DNA of 64,000 bases from Octopus vulgaris (lineage: Eukaryota), in contig OX597831.1 in NCBI GenBank assembly GCA_951406725.2, positions 29,698,001 through 29,762,000 of the forward strand, written 5' to 3'. Both the position numbers and the translations under genes were made by a program. The number at the start of each line of letters is the position of its first letter. The stretch's first letter is position 1. Below are positions 26,183 to 40,383 of this stretch, piece by piece. Below the pieces are notes generated by a model. It did not search any database and was not told where the DNA came from. It worked only from the letters and a program-made list of their open reading frames with translations.

Positions 26183-26743
26183 GCATATATACACATAATC
26201 TCCTAGAAATTTCGAGTCGTGCGGAAAACCAGCAGGTGCAAGAATATGGCAAATGATGAATGACTCATATTAACGGAACAATAACAACAACAACGACAAC
26301 AACAGCAACAACAAGAACAACAACAATAGCAACAACAACAACAAGAATAAAAACAACAAATATGGATGTAATGACAAAACTGTACAAACACGTCATCAGC
26401 CGCTGAGAACCACCAGCACTGCACCTCTTGTCATCACCATCTCTGTCATCACCATCTCTGTCATCACCACCACCACTACAGTACTATCACCACACCACCA
26501 CCGCCACGAACGCTATAACACTACAAGTACCACTAAACAACTGTCACCTGTACTACGTTTATTACTGCAACTACTTACTTATGCCGTTGCCACCGGTAAC
26601 ACTACAACGCTAACACCGAACCACCACCGAAACTACACCACACACGCAAAGTACTCAATATTTACTACTACTCACACCATACCACTACCACCAGCACCAT
26701 AACTACCACTACTACCACCACCACCACCACCACCACCACCACC

Positions 26744-26774
<31 letters not shown>

Positions 26775-26873
26775 TCACCACTACTACTGCTGCTGCCAAC
26801 ACCATACCATTGTAACCTCCCAAAATTTCTAGAATATCTCCACTTTATATATATATGTATATACATATATATA

Positions 26874-26913
<40 letters not shown>

Positions 26914-26921
26914 TATATGAA

Positions 26922-26953
<32 letters not shown>

Positions 26954-27110
26954 GGTATATATATATGTATATAGGTATATGCATAGATATGTATATATAT
27001 GTGTGTGTGTGTGTGTGTATGTATGAATGCATATATGTGTGTATATATATATATATGTATATGTACATATATACATGTATGTATATATATGTGCCTGTGT
27101 ATAAGTATAT

Positions 27111-27178
<68 letters not shown>

Positions 27179-28041
27179 ATATATATACACACATATACGT
27201 GTGTGTTCATCATGAGTGTGGGTATGTATGTTTAGATGTATATGTGTGTGTGTGTATGTATCTGTTACTATGACTACCTCTACACATCTGCTACCTTGAC
27301 AGCCATTATCAAAATCTATCACCATAACGACGACGACCACCACCACCGCCACCGCCGCCGCTACCGCCACTACAACCACTGCCACCAGCATCATCGACTG
27401 TCTCTATGACAACCCCCGCCCCTATAGTTGCCATGGCTACTACTACATCAACCACGTGTTCACCATAACAAGTATTACACTCACTACTATAGGTACCACT
27501 ACAACTTCCAACAATAGACATAACCACCACATCGGAACAACGGGTGATCCTATACTACATAGTCTAACGACGTCCTAGAAGTAACAGCCAAATCTCCCTG
27601 TAATGCGTCCGAAATAATCCTTCCACGAAGGACCTGGTTGATATCAAGCGACTTGACTAAATCGGTTTTTAGACTAAAGACTTAAATACCACCACCACAG
27701 CCACTACTGCTATGTGCTGCTACTGCTACTACTACTACTACTACTACTACTAAAGATGTAAAAAAGATGTAAAAAAGAAATTGACAAGATGCATCATACA
27801 TTTTGAGTTAAGAGTGTCTGTATATGTTTGTATATATTTAATATGTATATGTAGATGCGTATACATTTATGTGTGTGCATGCACATGTGTGTGAGTGTGT
27901 GTGTGTGTGTGTAGATATATGTATGTAAATATACATGTATACAGATTCAAACACATACATAATTCTTATACGCATAGATATATACTCACACATATGTATA
28001 TATATTTATATATAAGTGTATCAGTGTGTGTGTAGAGAGAC

Positions 28042-28099
<58 letters not shown>

Positions 28100-28145
28100 G
28101 TAGGTAGGTAGGTAGGTAGGTAGGTAGGTAGGTAGGATAGGTAGG

Positions 28146-28206
<61 letters not shown>

Positions 28207-28261
28207 TGATAGAGTGATAAATACATAGATAGATATATAGAGATTTGTATGTATATCACCC

Positions 28262-28303
<42 letters not shown>

Positions 28304-28741
28304 CACACACTAGATATATTCTCATTTTTCACTTCTTTTAAAGAGGAAGACGAATTATGTTTATTAGTTTCCAAAACAAATACTAACTTGATTAATCTAC
28401 TTCATATCTATATTTAAAGAACTATTTTGTAAATCTTCATACAACTTTAGTCAGTCAGTCAGTCTGCTCAGCGTTATAAATACTTTATATTTAAAGAGAA
28501 ATTATATCTGTATCAATGGTATTCAGTTAAACATATCATTTATAATCAATCAAAAGTCATATAAAATCTCTGCATGAAGGGCGGTGTGTGAAAGAGAAGG
28601 AAGTTAACGAAAAACATATTCGTTTTTCTTGACAAAAACTAGGTTGGGTAGGTCATCAAAACGCTAGAATATAAATAAGATTCGTCTTTGTCTTCCTCGA
28701 CTTGAATCCGACTTGCAAGTCTTTCCTGCAACATTCAAATC

Positions 28742-29076
28742 TAGTGGTTCTCAACGGGGTGTTCATATGGCCTCCCCTGAAGGTCCACGCAACAAAACAG
28801 TAAATTGGGGATCCCCAATAGTATTTCAAGAGCCCCTGAAAATTTGCTTTAAATGTATGTGTATGTAGGCTTGTACTGCAAGAAACAGCCATGTTTCTTT
28901 CTCAAACATTTTACATAGTTTAACATACACAAGTTAATATATGAAAAGCAAAATAGGAATTTTGAAAGATATTTTTATAAAACTAGTATTTCAATATCGA
29001 ATGGCTATCGGTGTCCACCAGAATAAAATAGTAAATAAAGAGGTCCAAACAAAAAAAGAATGGTTGAGAACAACTG
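28742..29076. mobile_element. hAT (Charlie-like) MITE
   Basis: TIRs TAGTGGTTCTCAAC and GTTGAGAACAACTG; 8-bp TSD only partly retained. Confidence 0.75.
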
Positions 29077-29234
29077 CCCTGATCTTATGTTCGCCAGCAT
29101 TTCGAGCGTAATGATCTCATTCATATCGAGGTTTTACCGGACGTGGATAAATCCTTTTGATAATAGATATGTTTCAAACCTTTCGAATTAGCTATTGGTT
29201 CAATTAGAAATATATCTTTAAATATAATTCCAAT

Positions 29235-29268
29235 ATACTGAAGAGCCTTGAGGTGTCGAAACGTTTAT
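29235..29268 (+). ncRNA. Minimal hammerhead motif, partly decayed
   Basis: ATA-CTGAAGA-GCCTTGAGGTGTC-GAAAC-GTT-TAT. Confidence 0.5.
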
Positions 29269-30564
29269 GTAAATTTATAAAATAACTTTATTTTCTGGTA
29301 TAGGTAGGAACTGCATTAATCTTGCAATTATTTGGTGTTCGACTTTTATAGAAGAAACTGAAATGACCTGCTTCCATCTTTTCTTGAAATGGACGCACCC
29401 AAATGCATTGATAACAGATGAATTACCGCCTCAGTATGAATCTAGTTTTCCCGCGTGAAATGCTTGACTACCACCACATCATCATCATCACCGCTAATAG
29501 TATCTTTTTAATATTACCGTATTGTCACTCTGTGGTCAAAGGGAAATACTACTACCACCACTATCACCACCACCGCAACAACTACTACTACTATCACCGT
29601 CATTACCACCACCGCCACTACTACTACGACCACTTACACTACTACTACTACAACTACTACCACCATCACTATCACTACGACCACCACTACTACTTCTACC
29701 ACCACCATCACTACTACTACCACCACCACCACCATCACTACTACTACTACGACCACCATCACTACTACTACTACTACGACCACCATCACTACTACTACTA
29801 CGACCACCATCACTAATACTACTACCACCACCATCACCAGTACTACGACCACCACTGCTACTACTACGATCACCACTACTACTATTACTACCACCACTAT
29901 TACTGCTACCACTACCATCACCACTATTACTACCACTACGACCACCATCACTACTACTACTTCCAACACCACTCACCTTGACCATCAACATACTACCCAC
30001 CCATTGTTGTCGCTACTTATCAAGAGTACAGTCACTACCACCAGTAACCCAATGTAGACCACCAACGTGCTTGTCCCAACACCACCACCCCTGTACCACC
30101 ACAACCACCACCACCACCACCAGCAACAAGACCAACATCACGACCACCAGTATGACCACCACCTGTACTATCATCCCTATCACCGGTACCCCACCACCAC
30201 CGCCGCCATCATCATCAAATACCGCCACCCACACCACCACCGCCACGTCGACCGCCATCACCCAGCGTGTAGACTCCTGGACGCCGTGAGATCAAATTTA
30301 AGACTGAGAAGGGCGGTGGGTGGGTGGTGGAGTGGGGGGGGGAGAAGAAGAGATTACTTTCTACCTCCTCCCTTTCTCCTTCACCTCTTATCACTGCTAC
30401 CACCGTCACCACCGCTGCTACACCCGCCACCACCGCTACCACCTTCTCCTTTTAGTTAGCCGTCTCCTGACTTCGTGTTTGTCTGAAAATCTCCCTCCCA
30501 TCACCGCCTCACTCAATAATGCTGCTGCTGCTGCTGCTGCTACTACTACTACTACTACTACTAC

Positions 30565-30617
<53 letters not shown>

Positions 30618-30623
30618 GTAACA

Positions 30624-31110
30624 GTGGCTCTCATGGCTTCTGATCTTAACTGATTGGAAGTGTTATCATGTACATTGTTTTGTCTTGGTATAAAAAAAGA
30701 TGGGCTACAGCAAATATTCTGCTCAATACCACAGATTTGCGTGTTAGTTGTTTGACCTTAACCAGTTGAGCATGTCCCGTAGTGGCTGACGATATGTGCA
30801 TCACTGATCACGAACAGAAGTAGTGGGGGAGCATCAGAGCCATCTGTTGAAAGGAATTCTTAGAGATTTGGATAATTCACCTTTGGAAACATGAGTGGTT
30901 CGTTCAACATCCTTAAACAATCCTTATTCAGGGACTTTTTGAGCGGGATGGGTTACTCGATCAGAAGAAAATTCTGACTGGGCCCCACCTGCAAGGTCAA
31001 CCGCTGTTTATCTTGATATGAGATCACCATGTCGCGCACATATGGTTGTGATGCATGTGCCTGGTGTACCCCTATCAGACGTCTGATAAGGGTACACCAG
31101 GCACATTCAT
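30624..31110 (+). mobile_element. Dispersed repeat family F, probable non-LTR 3' region associated with (AAT)n
   Basis: Matches 56121-56625 (minus) and 55832-56025 (plus), which end in (AAT)n. Confidence 0.75.
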
Positions 31111-31114
31111 AATA

Positions 31115-31149
<35 letters not shown>

Positions 31150-31154
<5 letters not shown>

Positions 31155-31890
31155 GCCACTAGGGCCCACATATTGGGGACGATACAGTAGACATGGACAA
31201 TGGGGATTGTACACACAAACAACGAGTACACAAAACAATGATAATGATATCCAACAAAAGAATGTAACAATGAAAGTTCCTCCAACAGGAGGGAGGTAAT
31301 CACCTGGAGTTGGCTCAGGTACCCCACCAATCTTGAACCACTCGACGCTTCGAGGGCATCCAGAAAGAGTACTCTTCTCCCTCTCAAATTCACTTGCCTA
31401 CAGGCGCATTATTATAGAAGGTCCACTCACGTGCCATTTTCGCTACATTCACCCACAATTTAGCAAATGTATTAGGGGGCACCCTCATCTTCCTTTCTAA
31501 GTGAAATTTGAATAAATTGATGAGAAAAGTGTCTGTCTTCAGTCCTTTCAACCTGGTCCACCATAAACCAACCTCTTTCGCTACTGCTGTCAGATAGAGG
31601 AAGATTGCCTTCTCTTCCGGACCGATGGAAGGCGGCGAATCGATCTTCACTATGGACTCAGCCGATAGCCAGATCCGTCCTACACGTGATAACTATCTTT
31701 TCATAAATTCACTCGGAGGAAGCACTTCTCTCTCTACTTTCACTTTCATTTCCAAATGGAACTTGAAAAAGTCAATGAAAAGCTTGACAGAAGACGGTGC
31801 CTTTCCTCAACCGTTTCAGCCGCGTCCACTACACAACCCCTTTCGCCATATCCACAAGACACAAGAATACCGGATTCTTTTTTGGTGGTG
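31150..31890 (-). mobile_element. Two tandem decayed Tx1/L1-group ORF2 C-terminal fragments with (TAA)n tail
   Basis: AIFLYLTAVAKEVGLWWTRLKGLKTDTF..FKFHLERKMRV (31390-31650) and VFLCLVDMAKGVV*WTRLK..DFFKFHLEMKVKVEREVL (~31700-31880), both similar to ORF 17639-18013. Confidence 0.8.
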
Positions 31891-32088
31891 GTTGCGTGGG
31901 CGGAGGTAGCAAAAGGGCCGCGAAGAATATTTAGGACAATGCAAAGACAAATGACTGGGGATTTGCATAAAAACAAGTGAACAAACGAAACAATGACGAT
32001 TAACAAAAATCATTTCCAGTATTGATATCCCCCAATAACCGTCACCAATATGCCAATAATTGTTGTCACAATAGTCACGTGGTCTGCC

Positions 32089-32275
32089 AAAGGGAGAAAT
32101 TATTGACTTGTATCGTCACCGCCGTGTGATAAGGGAGAAGCTATTAACTGGTACAGTCTCCATTGTGAGACGAGGAAGAAATTATTAATTGACGTAGCTA
32201 CAATTTCTGCGGTAAGGAAGAAGTTATTAATTGACACGTTTACCGTTGTGTGGCGAGGGAGAACTTTTTAACCGG
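32089..32275 (+). repeat. 41-bp diverged minisatellite, 5 units
   Basis: AGGRAGAA..TATTRAYT core at 32091, 32132, 32173, 32215, 32256. Confidence 0.8.
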
Positions 32276-33000
32276 TGGTGCTACGACAATTCGCTGCTGT
32301 GGAATTGGTGAACTATTTTGGCACCAAACATCCTAACGCTATTTTTCACAACCGGACAACCCGTTAACCGAACTGACAATGATGTATGCCGAATACGAGG
32401 TTGCTGTTGTTGTTGTTATTGCAACTGCTGTCTGTTTCTGTTACTGGTTATTGCTGTTGTTGTTCTTTTAAGAGTCATTGCTGTTGGTGTTTCGCTTGTT
32501 TCTTGATGTTTGTTTGTTTGTTTGTTTGTTGTTCTTGTTGTTGTTGTTTCTTGTTTGTTTGTTTATTTGTTTGTTTGTTTGTTGTTGCTCTTTTCGTTGA
32601 TGTGCTTAGCCAGACTCTGCGAATTCCGGTTTGTTCCAAAAATATCCCAGTATTTACGCGATGCACAGAAATACTCCGTTTGCGGTTTGACTTCCAGCCT
32701 ACGAATGAATGGTGAATAGACTGACGACGACGACGACGAAGATGGTGGTAGTGGTAGTGCTGGTGGTGTTGGAGTTGTCGGGGTTGGTGATGGTGGTGGT
32801 CACTGAAATGGATAGCAAGGTCTTGGGTTAACTGTGTTGTTGAAAGTGGTCATTGTAATCATGATACAGTTAGGGGATGTCAAGGTGGTAGTGTATATGT
32901 ATATACATACATGTGTATACACATATTTATGCGTACGTGCATGCATATATAACTATATAAATGCATCTATGTGTATATACAAATGTTTATATATATATGA

Positions 33001-33104
<104 letters not shown>

Positions 33105-33152
33105 TAGTATATATGTATACATGAATAATATATACACACATACATACATACA

Positions 33153-33203
<51 letters not shown>

Positions 33204-33251
33204 TAGTATATATGTATACATGAATAATATATACACACATACATACATACA

Positions 33252-33286
<35 letters not shown>

Positions 33287-34177
33287 GTACATACATGCAG
33301 ATACTTGTGTGTGTGTGCATCTTTAGCAGTAGGAGGTTAGGGTGACGTGGTATCACGTGTCACTGGCAAGATCGAAAGACCTTAATGGCGTCAAATGATA
33401 GATGAGGTTTGGTGGGAGGGTGGGGGTGGTTGCGGTTGCTGCAATATTTGTGATGACGGGAGGCGGCGGGTAGTGGTGGCGGTTGCAGAGGTGACGGTGG
33501 TATGTAGTAATGATGATAGTGGTGGAAGTAGTAGTGGTGGTGCTGGTGGTTGTGGTGGTGGTGGTGGTAGTGGTGGTGGTGATGGTGGTGGCGGTGGTGG
33601 TGGCAGTGGTGGCAGTAGCGGTGATGGTGACGGTTGTGATGGTGGCGGCGTGTTGATGGTGGCGGTGGTAGTGGTGGTGCTGGTGGTTGCGGTTGTAGTG
33701 GTGGTGGTGGTAGTGGTATGGTAGTGGTGTTGGCAGTGATTTGAAGAGAGAAAAACTTTAAAACTTGCCAGTCACAACGCCCATCGCCACCGCTTGCGGA
33801 GTCAGTGACGTCATTAACACTAATGTATCCCACCCCCCACCATCATCACCATCATAGCTATCATCATCGTCATCATCATCATCGCTACCAGCATCACCAT
33901 CAACGTCACTCCAACAACCACCATTATTGCAGTCATCATAGTCTTTCTCCTCCTCCTCCTCCTTCTCATCATCATCATCATTATCATCATCACCATCATC
34001 AACGTCACCATAACTATCACCGCAGCCACGATTAACATAATGACCAACGCCACGGCCGGCACCACCATCAACACCATCACCATCATCACCATCATCATCA
34101 CAGCCTAGCCTTCGCTACCATTACGTCCACTGCTACCAACCGTACCACTGCCACCGCCATCGCCACCATCATCAAAG

Positions 34178-34538
34178 CTTGTCTTTGTCTTGGAGTGCGG
34201 CCATGCTGGAGCACCGCCTTTAGTCGAACAAATCGACTCCAGGACTTATTCTTTGTAAGCCTAGTACTTATTCTATCGGTCTCTTTTTGCGAACTGCTAA
34301 GTTTCGAGGACGTAAGCACACCAACATCGGATGTCAAGTGATGGTGGGGCAACAAGCACAGACATACACATATATATCTACGACGGGCTTCTTTCAGTTT
34401 CCGTCAACCAGATCCACTCACAAGGCTTTGGTCGGTCCAAGGCAATAGCAGAAGATACTTATCCGAGGTGTCATGCAGTAGGACCGAACCTGGAAAAATG
34501 AGGTTGGTAAGCAAGCTACTTACCACACAGCCACTCCT
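34178..34538 (-). mobile_element. SINE family A
   Basis: Matches other family A copies. Confidence 0.88.
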
Positions 34539-35667
34539 GTATTTTTTTAATACTGGGGGCGATTTGTTCGGCTGAACCCGTCAAGGCATTGCTCCAGCAT
34601 GGCTTCAGTCCAATGGCTGAAAAAAGTTTTAAAAAATATATAAAATAAAATAACTAAATGAAATCCAGGGACCTGAACATTTTGCTCGGCGCGCTACCGA
34701 TTCCGCCAAAGTAACACAAGTTTGTTAGTGTTGTATTGTGCGAGGTGTTGTACTGTGCAAGGTGTATTGTGCAAGGTGCTAATCTGTGCAAGGTACCTGT
34801 AAAACCAGTTTTGCAGCCGCTGGAATTTCCAGTTCCTGCTTCTTAATTAGTGCAGACTATAAGAGATCCTCGACCATCTGCGTCTGGGTAGTCGGTGTTG
34901 TACTTCTACAAAACGAAATGTGTAAAACTACATGGTATTGAGCTGTTCGTCGGTGCCGTCTCAAAACAGGGCCAGACTGAATAGTGGTCCTCAGGCCTCA
35001 CGAATCTAAAACCCCATTTCAGATCTGTGTATTCTGTGGTTTGCAATCAATATATACGGATCTCTTCTGTTTGGCTGCTGCTTTTCAGTTTCTTAAATTT
35101 TTGTTCCAATTGATTTCATATTTGGTGTCTTTGTGTAGTTTTGTAAAGTAATCACCGTCATGTCATGAAATTCATTTTCGCTATAAAATCAATAAATAAA
35201 GATTTAATAGCTTTTAAAGTTTGCAAATTCTGGGTAATTTTAGCCATTTCAAAGCCACAGATTTTGTTACTATGAAGAACAGGTGCCTATTCACCATAGT
35301 AAAAAGCTAAACTGTTTCCTAGCTGCTCACCCACGAGTTCTTTTTGTCTCTTATTAAATGCTTAAAACACATGCGGGGTGAGGTGATCATCAGATGTGCT
35401 AAAATTAGCAGCTAAATAGGCCTTAAATCACGCACGAATTTGTTTTTTTCATAATCGTAGAATACAAATTCGCAAAAATTTTCTAAATCTTGCCAATATT
35501 TTATTTGTTTACAGTTGACAACACATGCTGTCTGTCACGCATAAAACGATAATTTCCAAATCCTGTTTTCTAACTGGGTAAAAATTATCAAAGTTTAAAC
35601 GTCAGTAACTTTTTTAAAAAATTTCTTGAGAAAGTGAATTATCTCCTGAGATTCAGAAAGGAAAATT

Positions 35668-35800
35668 AGTGGCTGTGTGGTAAGTAGCTTGCTTACCAAC
35701 CACATGGTTCTGGGTTCAGTCCCGCTGCGCGGCACCTTGGGCAAGTGTCTTCTACTATAGCCTCGGGATTTGGTAGAAGGAAACTGAAAGAAGCCCGTCG

Positions 35801-35861
<61 letters not shown>

Positions 35862-36071
35862 TTGTGTGTCTGTGTTTGTAACCCCCAACCAACATCGCTT
35901 GACAACCAATGCTGATGTGTTTACGTACCCGTAACTTAGCGGTTCGCCAAAAGAGACCGATAGAATAAGTACTAGGCTTACAAAGAATAAGTCCTGGGGG
36001 TCGATTTGCTCGACTAAAGTCGGTGCTCCAGCATGGCCGCTGTCAAATGACTGAAACGAGTAAAAGAGTAA
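35668..36071 (+). mobile_element. SINE family A
   Basis: A/B boxes, internal (TA)n(TG)n, tail. Confidence 0.9.
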
Positions 36072-36623
36072 ATACACCAAATTTTGAAATTCCCACAGAT
36101 GCCGCCAAAACAGACGAGATCCATAAATACTTCAGCACCAACATATTGATTTGTTCATGGGCTTATTGTTGCTGCTAGGGACGGCTCTGCCGTTCGCAGG
36201 TGGAAACATTACTGTTCTTTATGGTTCGAAAATAGGGAATTCCCAGATGTGAGATCTCTGAGATGGGAGGTCTAAGATGATAGACGGAAGATAGCAGCAA
36301 TGCACCTCCCTGGAAGTAAATCTAGACACAATAGAGAGAAGTCACTTGCTGTACCAGTTGACCAAATCACAGCTGCTAACCAGATCCCGTTTCCACAGTG
36401 TTTCCCAGCAGCCCCTTATTTACGTAGGAATGTCCCTTACCTTCACTCGTAAACAAATAAATTGCCAGTCGAGCTGTGGGAGGTACTCAAACCGTGGTCC
36501 TTTTCCCTCACTGTCAACTTTTGTTATAAATCAGCTTTTTCTTCTCTTTATATTTTTTGTTCCTTCCTTCACAAACTCCTTTATTCTTTTTCTTCGTTAT
36601 CATTATCATTATTATCATTATTA

Positions 36624-36711
<88 letters not shown>

Positions 36712-36719
36712 CATTATCA

Positions 36720-36790
<71 letters not shown>

Positions 36791-37008
36791 TTGTTTGTTT
36801 GTTCTATTAACCTTTTAAGGTCAAGAGGCGATATTTTATCAGAACACCCAAAATTCCATCAGCTATTACACACACATACATGCGTATGCATGTGCGTATG
36901 TATGTCCTTGTGTGTGTGAGTATATATATATTTATGTATGTATATATATATATATGTAATTAGGTATGTATATATATATACATCTGATGGTCTGGTCGGT
37001 CACGTGAT

Positions 37009-37049
<41 letters not shown>

Positions 37050-37050
<1 letters not shown>

Positions 37051-37213
37051 CGACGGGCTTCTTTCAGTTTCCGTCTACCAAATCCACTCACAAGGCTTTG
37101 GTGGGCCCGAGGCTATAGTAGGAGAAACTTGCCCAAGGTGCCAAGTAGTGGGGCGGAACACGGAACCATGTGGTTGGTAAGCAAGCTACTTACCGCACAG
37201 CCACGCCTGCGCC
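37050..37213 (-). mobile_element. SINE family A, 5' half
   Basis: Head through to the internal microsatellite. Confidence 0.85.
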
Positions 37214-37461
37214 TATGTTTATAATATTTACATAGGTGTGGGAATTTCAATGCGTATCTCTCTTGTTTTTGTACACATGATAGTGTTTATGCGCTTAAGA
37301 GCGTGTGTATGTGTGAGAATGTGTGTGTGTGTACGCGCGTGAAAGTGTGGGTGTGTCTGTGTTTACCTTGTGTGTTCGATAGCTTACACTTATGAAGTTT
37401 GTTTGCGTATGTATATGTACACGTTATTGAAGATGTGTTTGTTTGCGCGTGTGTGTGTATG

Positions 37462-37507
<46 letters not shown>

Positions 37508-37866
37508 CTAGGTGTGTCCTGGGATAACGTCATATATTTGCATATTAAATGCAACATTTCTTGTGAGTTTGTTTGGGTGTGTATATTTTAATTGCCTCTC
37601 TAATTGTATGTGTGAACACCTACATTTCTCTATGCCTGTATGTCTGTCTGTATGTATGTAGGTGTGTATGTATGTATGTATGTATGTATGTATGTATGTA
37701 TGTATGTATGTATGTATGTATGTATGTATGTATGTGTGTATGTATGTGTGTGTGTGTAGGTGTGTATATATGTATGTCTGTATGTATATATGTATGTACA
37801 TGTATATATATACATATACATATACATAGCTATGTATGTGTATATGCACATATATATAAGTATATG

Positions 37867-37907
<41 letters not shown>

Positions 37908-38190
37908 GTATGTATGGATTATGTATGTGTGTATGAATGTAGGTGTGTATGTATGTATGAATGCATGAATGCATGTATGTATGTATGTAGGTAGGTAGGT
38001 AGGTAGGTAGGTAGGTAGGTAGGTAGGTAGGTATGTGGGTGTATATGTAGGTGTGTATGTGCTTGTGTTTATGTGGGAAGTAAATATAAATGATGCCATA
38101 TAATACAAAGCACTAACTACTGTGTGACTTACTTTGCTAGCCGTCACGCTTCCCTTTATAAATTATCCATCCATCCACCCATCCAATTAC

Positions 38191-38260
<70 letters not shown>

Positions 38261-38475
38261 GTCTGTCTGTCTGTCTGTCTGTCCAACTATCTTTCTGTCT
38301 AATTTCTATCTATCTGACTGTCTGGCTATCTATTTATGTATCTATCTGTTTATCTGTCTGTCTGTCTGTCTATCTCTGAATGTGTCTGTTTCTCGATCCG
38401 TCTGTCTACCTGTCTCTCACCACCCCTATCTCTCTCACTGTCTCTGTCTCTCTCCCTTTCTATCTATCTATCTAT

Positions 38476-38522
<47 letters not shown>

Positions 38523-38523
38523 G

Positions 38524-38558
<35 letters not shown>

Positions 38559-38640
38559 GTATATCTATACTGTATATATATATATACATTATATATGTAT
38601 ATATGTATATATCTATCTGTCCGTCTTTCTTTCTCTCTCT

Positions 38641-38848
38641 GTGACCTCGTGTGTACCGTTGGCGATTTTTTTTTCCTCTGTCTTCCCTTCTCTGGATCTT
38701 TCCTTCTCCTATGTTTCCGACGAAGAGCTCCGCTCGAAACGTTAAATCCTCCTTCTTTCCTTCTTTCCTGGGCGTCCAATAATACTATATTTGTTCCACG
38801 TCCTCGCGTTGTTGTGTTTTTTTGTGCTTTCTTGTTTGGATTAACTTT
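38641..38848 (+). mobile_element. Penelope-like terminal fragment with hammerhead-like motif at 38714-38746
   Basis: TTT-CCGACGA-A-GAGC-TCC-GCTC-GAAAC-GTT-AAA; homologous to 48701-48910 (minus). Confidence 0.65.
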
Positions 38849-39391
38849 ATACATATACATATATATATACATACATACACGTGCGCGCACACACACACAC
38901 ACACACATACATATATCCCCGCCCCCATTTCAGATGCTACTTTCTCGAAACGTTTTCTCCAGCCCTTTCCATTCTACAGAACAACGAAACTTATCAATTA
39001 TAAAGATTTTTAATGCGTGTCTTTAATTCCGCTATTTCAGCCAATTCTCCAATGTTTCTTATAATAATCTACAACATTTGTCTCGAATTCATAAACACAT
39101 ATCGAAACCATGACTACTTCATCTCAATCATGAAATTTTTCCCTTTTCTCTGACATCAACATGGGGCGCAAAAAAAAAATTATACTCTTCATGGGTTACT
39201 GTAACAGCACCCTGTAATTACATCAGATGGTACCCACCGACGGACTGAAATATGAAGGACAAGTAGATCAGTAAAAACAGATTTGGTTAAGATAAAAGTG
39301 GATAAACCGATAATCCTCTCCGATTCAAACAAAGCCCTATCAACTAGCCAACGAGGTATTGAGTTCTTTTTTTTTATTTCGTAGTTTAGCT

Positions 39392-39687
39392 GCAGCCATG
39401 GTTACGTGGGTAAGAGGCTCGTTTCCCAGTCACGTGGTCTTAGGTTTAGTACCACTGCGCGGCACCTTGGGCAAGTGTTTTTTTTACGATAGCCCTCGGG
39501 TCGACCAAAGCCATGTGAGAAGATTTGATACATGGAATTAGAAAAGATTGTCGTATAAATATACAATAAAGATGTACGCATGCATGTATGTATGTATGTA
39601 TGTATGTATGTATGTATGTATGTATGTATGTATGTATGTATGTATGTACATGTATATATACATATGCATAGCTATGTATATGTATAT

Positions 39688-39747
<60 letters not shown>

Positions 39748-40188
39748 CGGGAAGGTTTACGAAAATAAACAAAAGACGAAGGCAGGTGGAGTACAAACAA
39801 ACAAATGTATTAGTATGGCGCTCAGGAATAGAAATAGAACAAGTATTTTACGTTTCGAGCCTACGCTCTTTGACAGAAAGATACACAGAAAAAAAAAACA
39901 AGGAGAGAAACAAGGAGAGAAAAAAATGCGTGTAGGAGCTAACGATCTATCATGGCATATATGTGTGTGTGTGTCTGTGTTAGAGTTGTGTTTCTCCACC
40001 ATCGCCGCTTTACAACCGGTGTTGGTTAGGTTACGTTCCCGTAATTTAGATTTTCGGCAAAAAAAAAAAAAGACCGATAGAATAAGTACTAGACTAACAA
40101 ACACCTACCAGGGTCGATTTCGTTCGACTAAATCCTTCAAGGCGGTGCCCCAGAATGGCAGCAGTCCAATGAGTGAAACAATTAAAGA
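39392..40188 (+). mobile_element. SINE family A with expanded microsatellite hosting a Penelope-like fragment (39746-39950, minus)
   Basis: Head at 39392, tail at 39965-40188; insert carries decayed CTGTCAAAGAGC..GCTCGAAACGTA on minus (39846-39879). Confidence 0.75.
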
Positions 40189-40383
40189 AGATGGAGGTGA
40201 GTGAGCTCATCCGCTAACCAAATCCTAGTTTCGTTGCATTTCAGATGAAAGAAAAAAGGAAAGGAACTTAGTTGACGGCTTTGCCATCGTATGTTGAAAA
40301 AGAAAGGAAGAAGAAAAACGGTTTAGATTAATTATGGAAGATTTATTAACAGGAAATTAGAAACCAAAAATCAACTGAAAAAT

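Noticed and set aside
29418-30289. His/Tyr-rich and extensin-like ORFs
   Set aside because: Mixed (ACT/ACC/ATC)n tract open in several frames on both strands, with no splice or signal evidence
32089-32275. CRISPR-like repeat-spacer appearance
   Set aside because: Repeats are not identical, spacers resemble one another, no cas genes, eukaryotic context
36175-36321. Possible minus-strand exon after a pyrimidine-rich AG, open for 48 codons
   Set aside because: Peptide is unrecognisable and such a frame length is expected by chance
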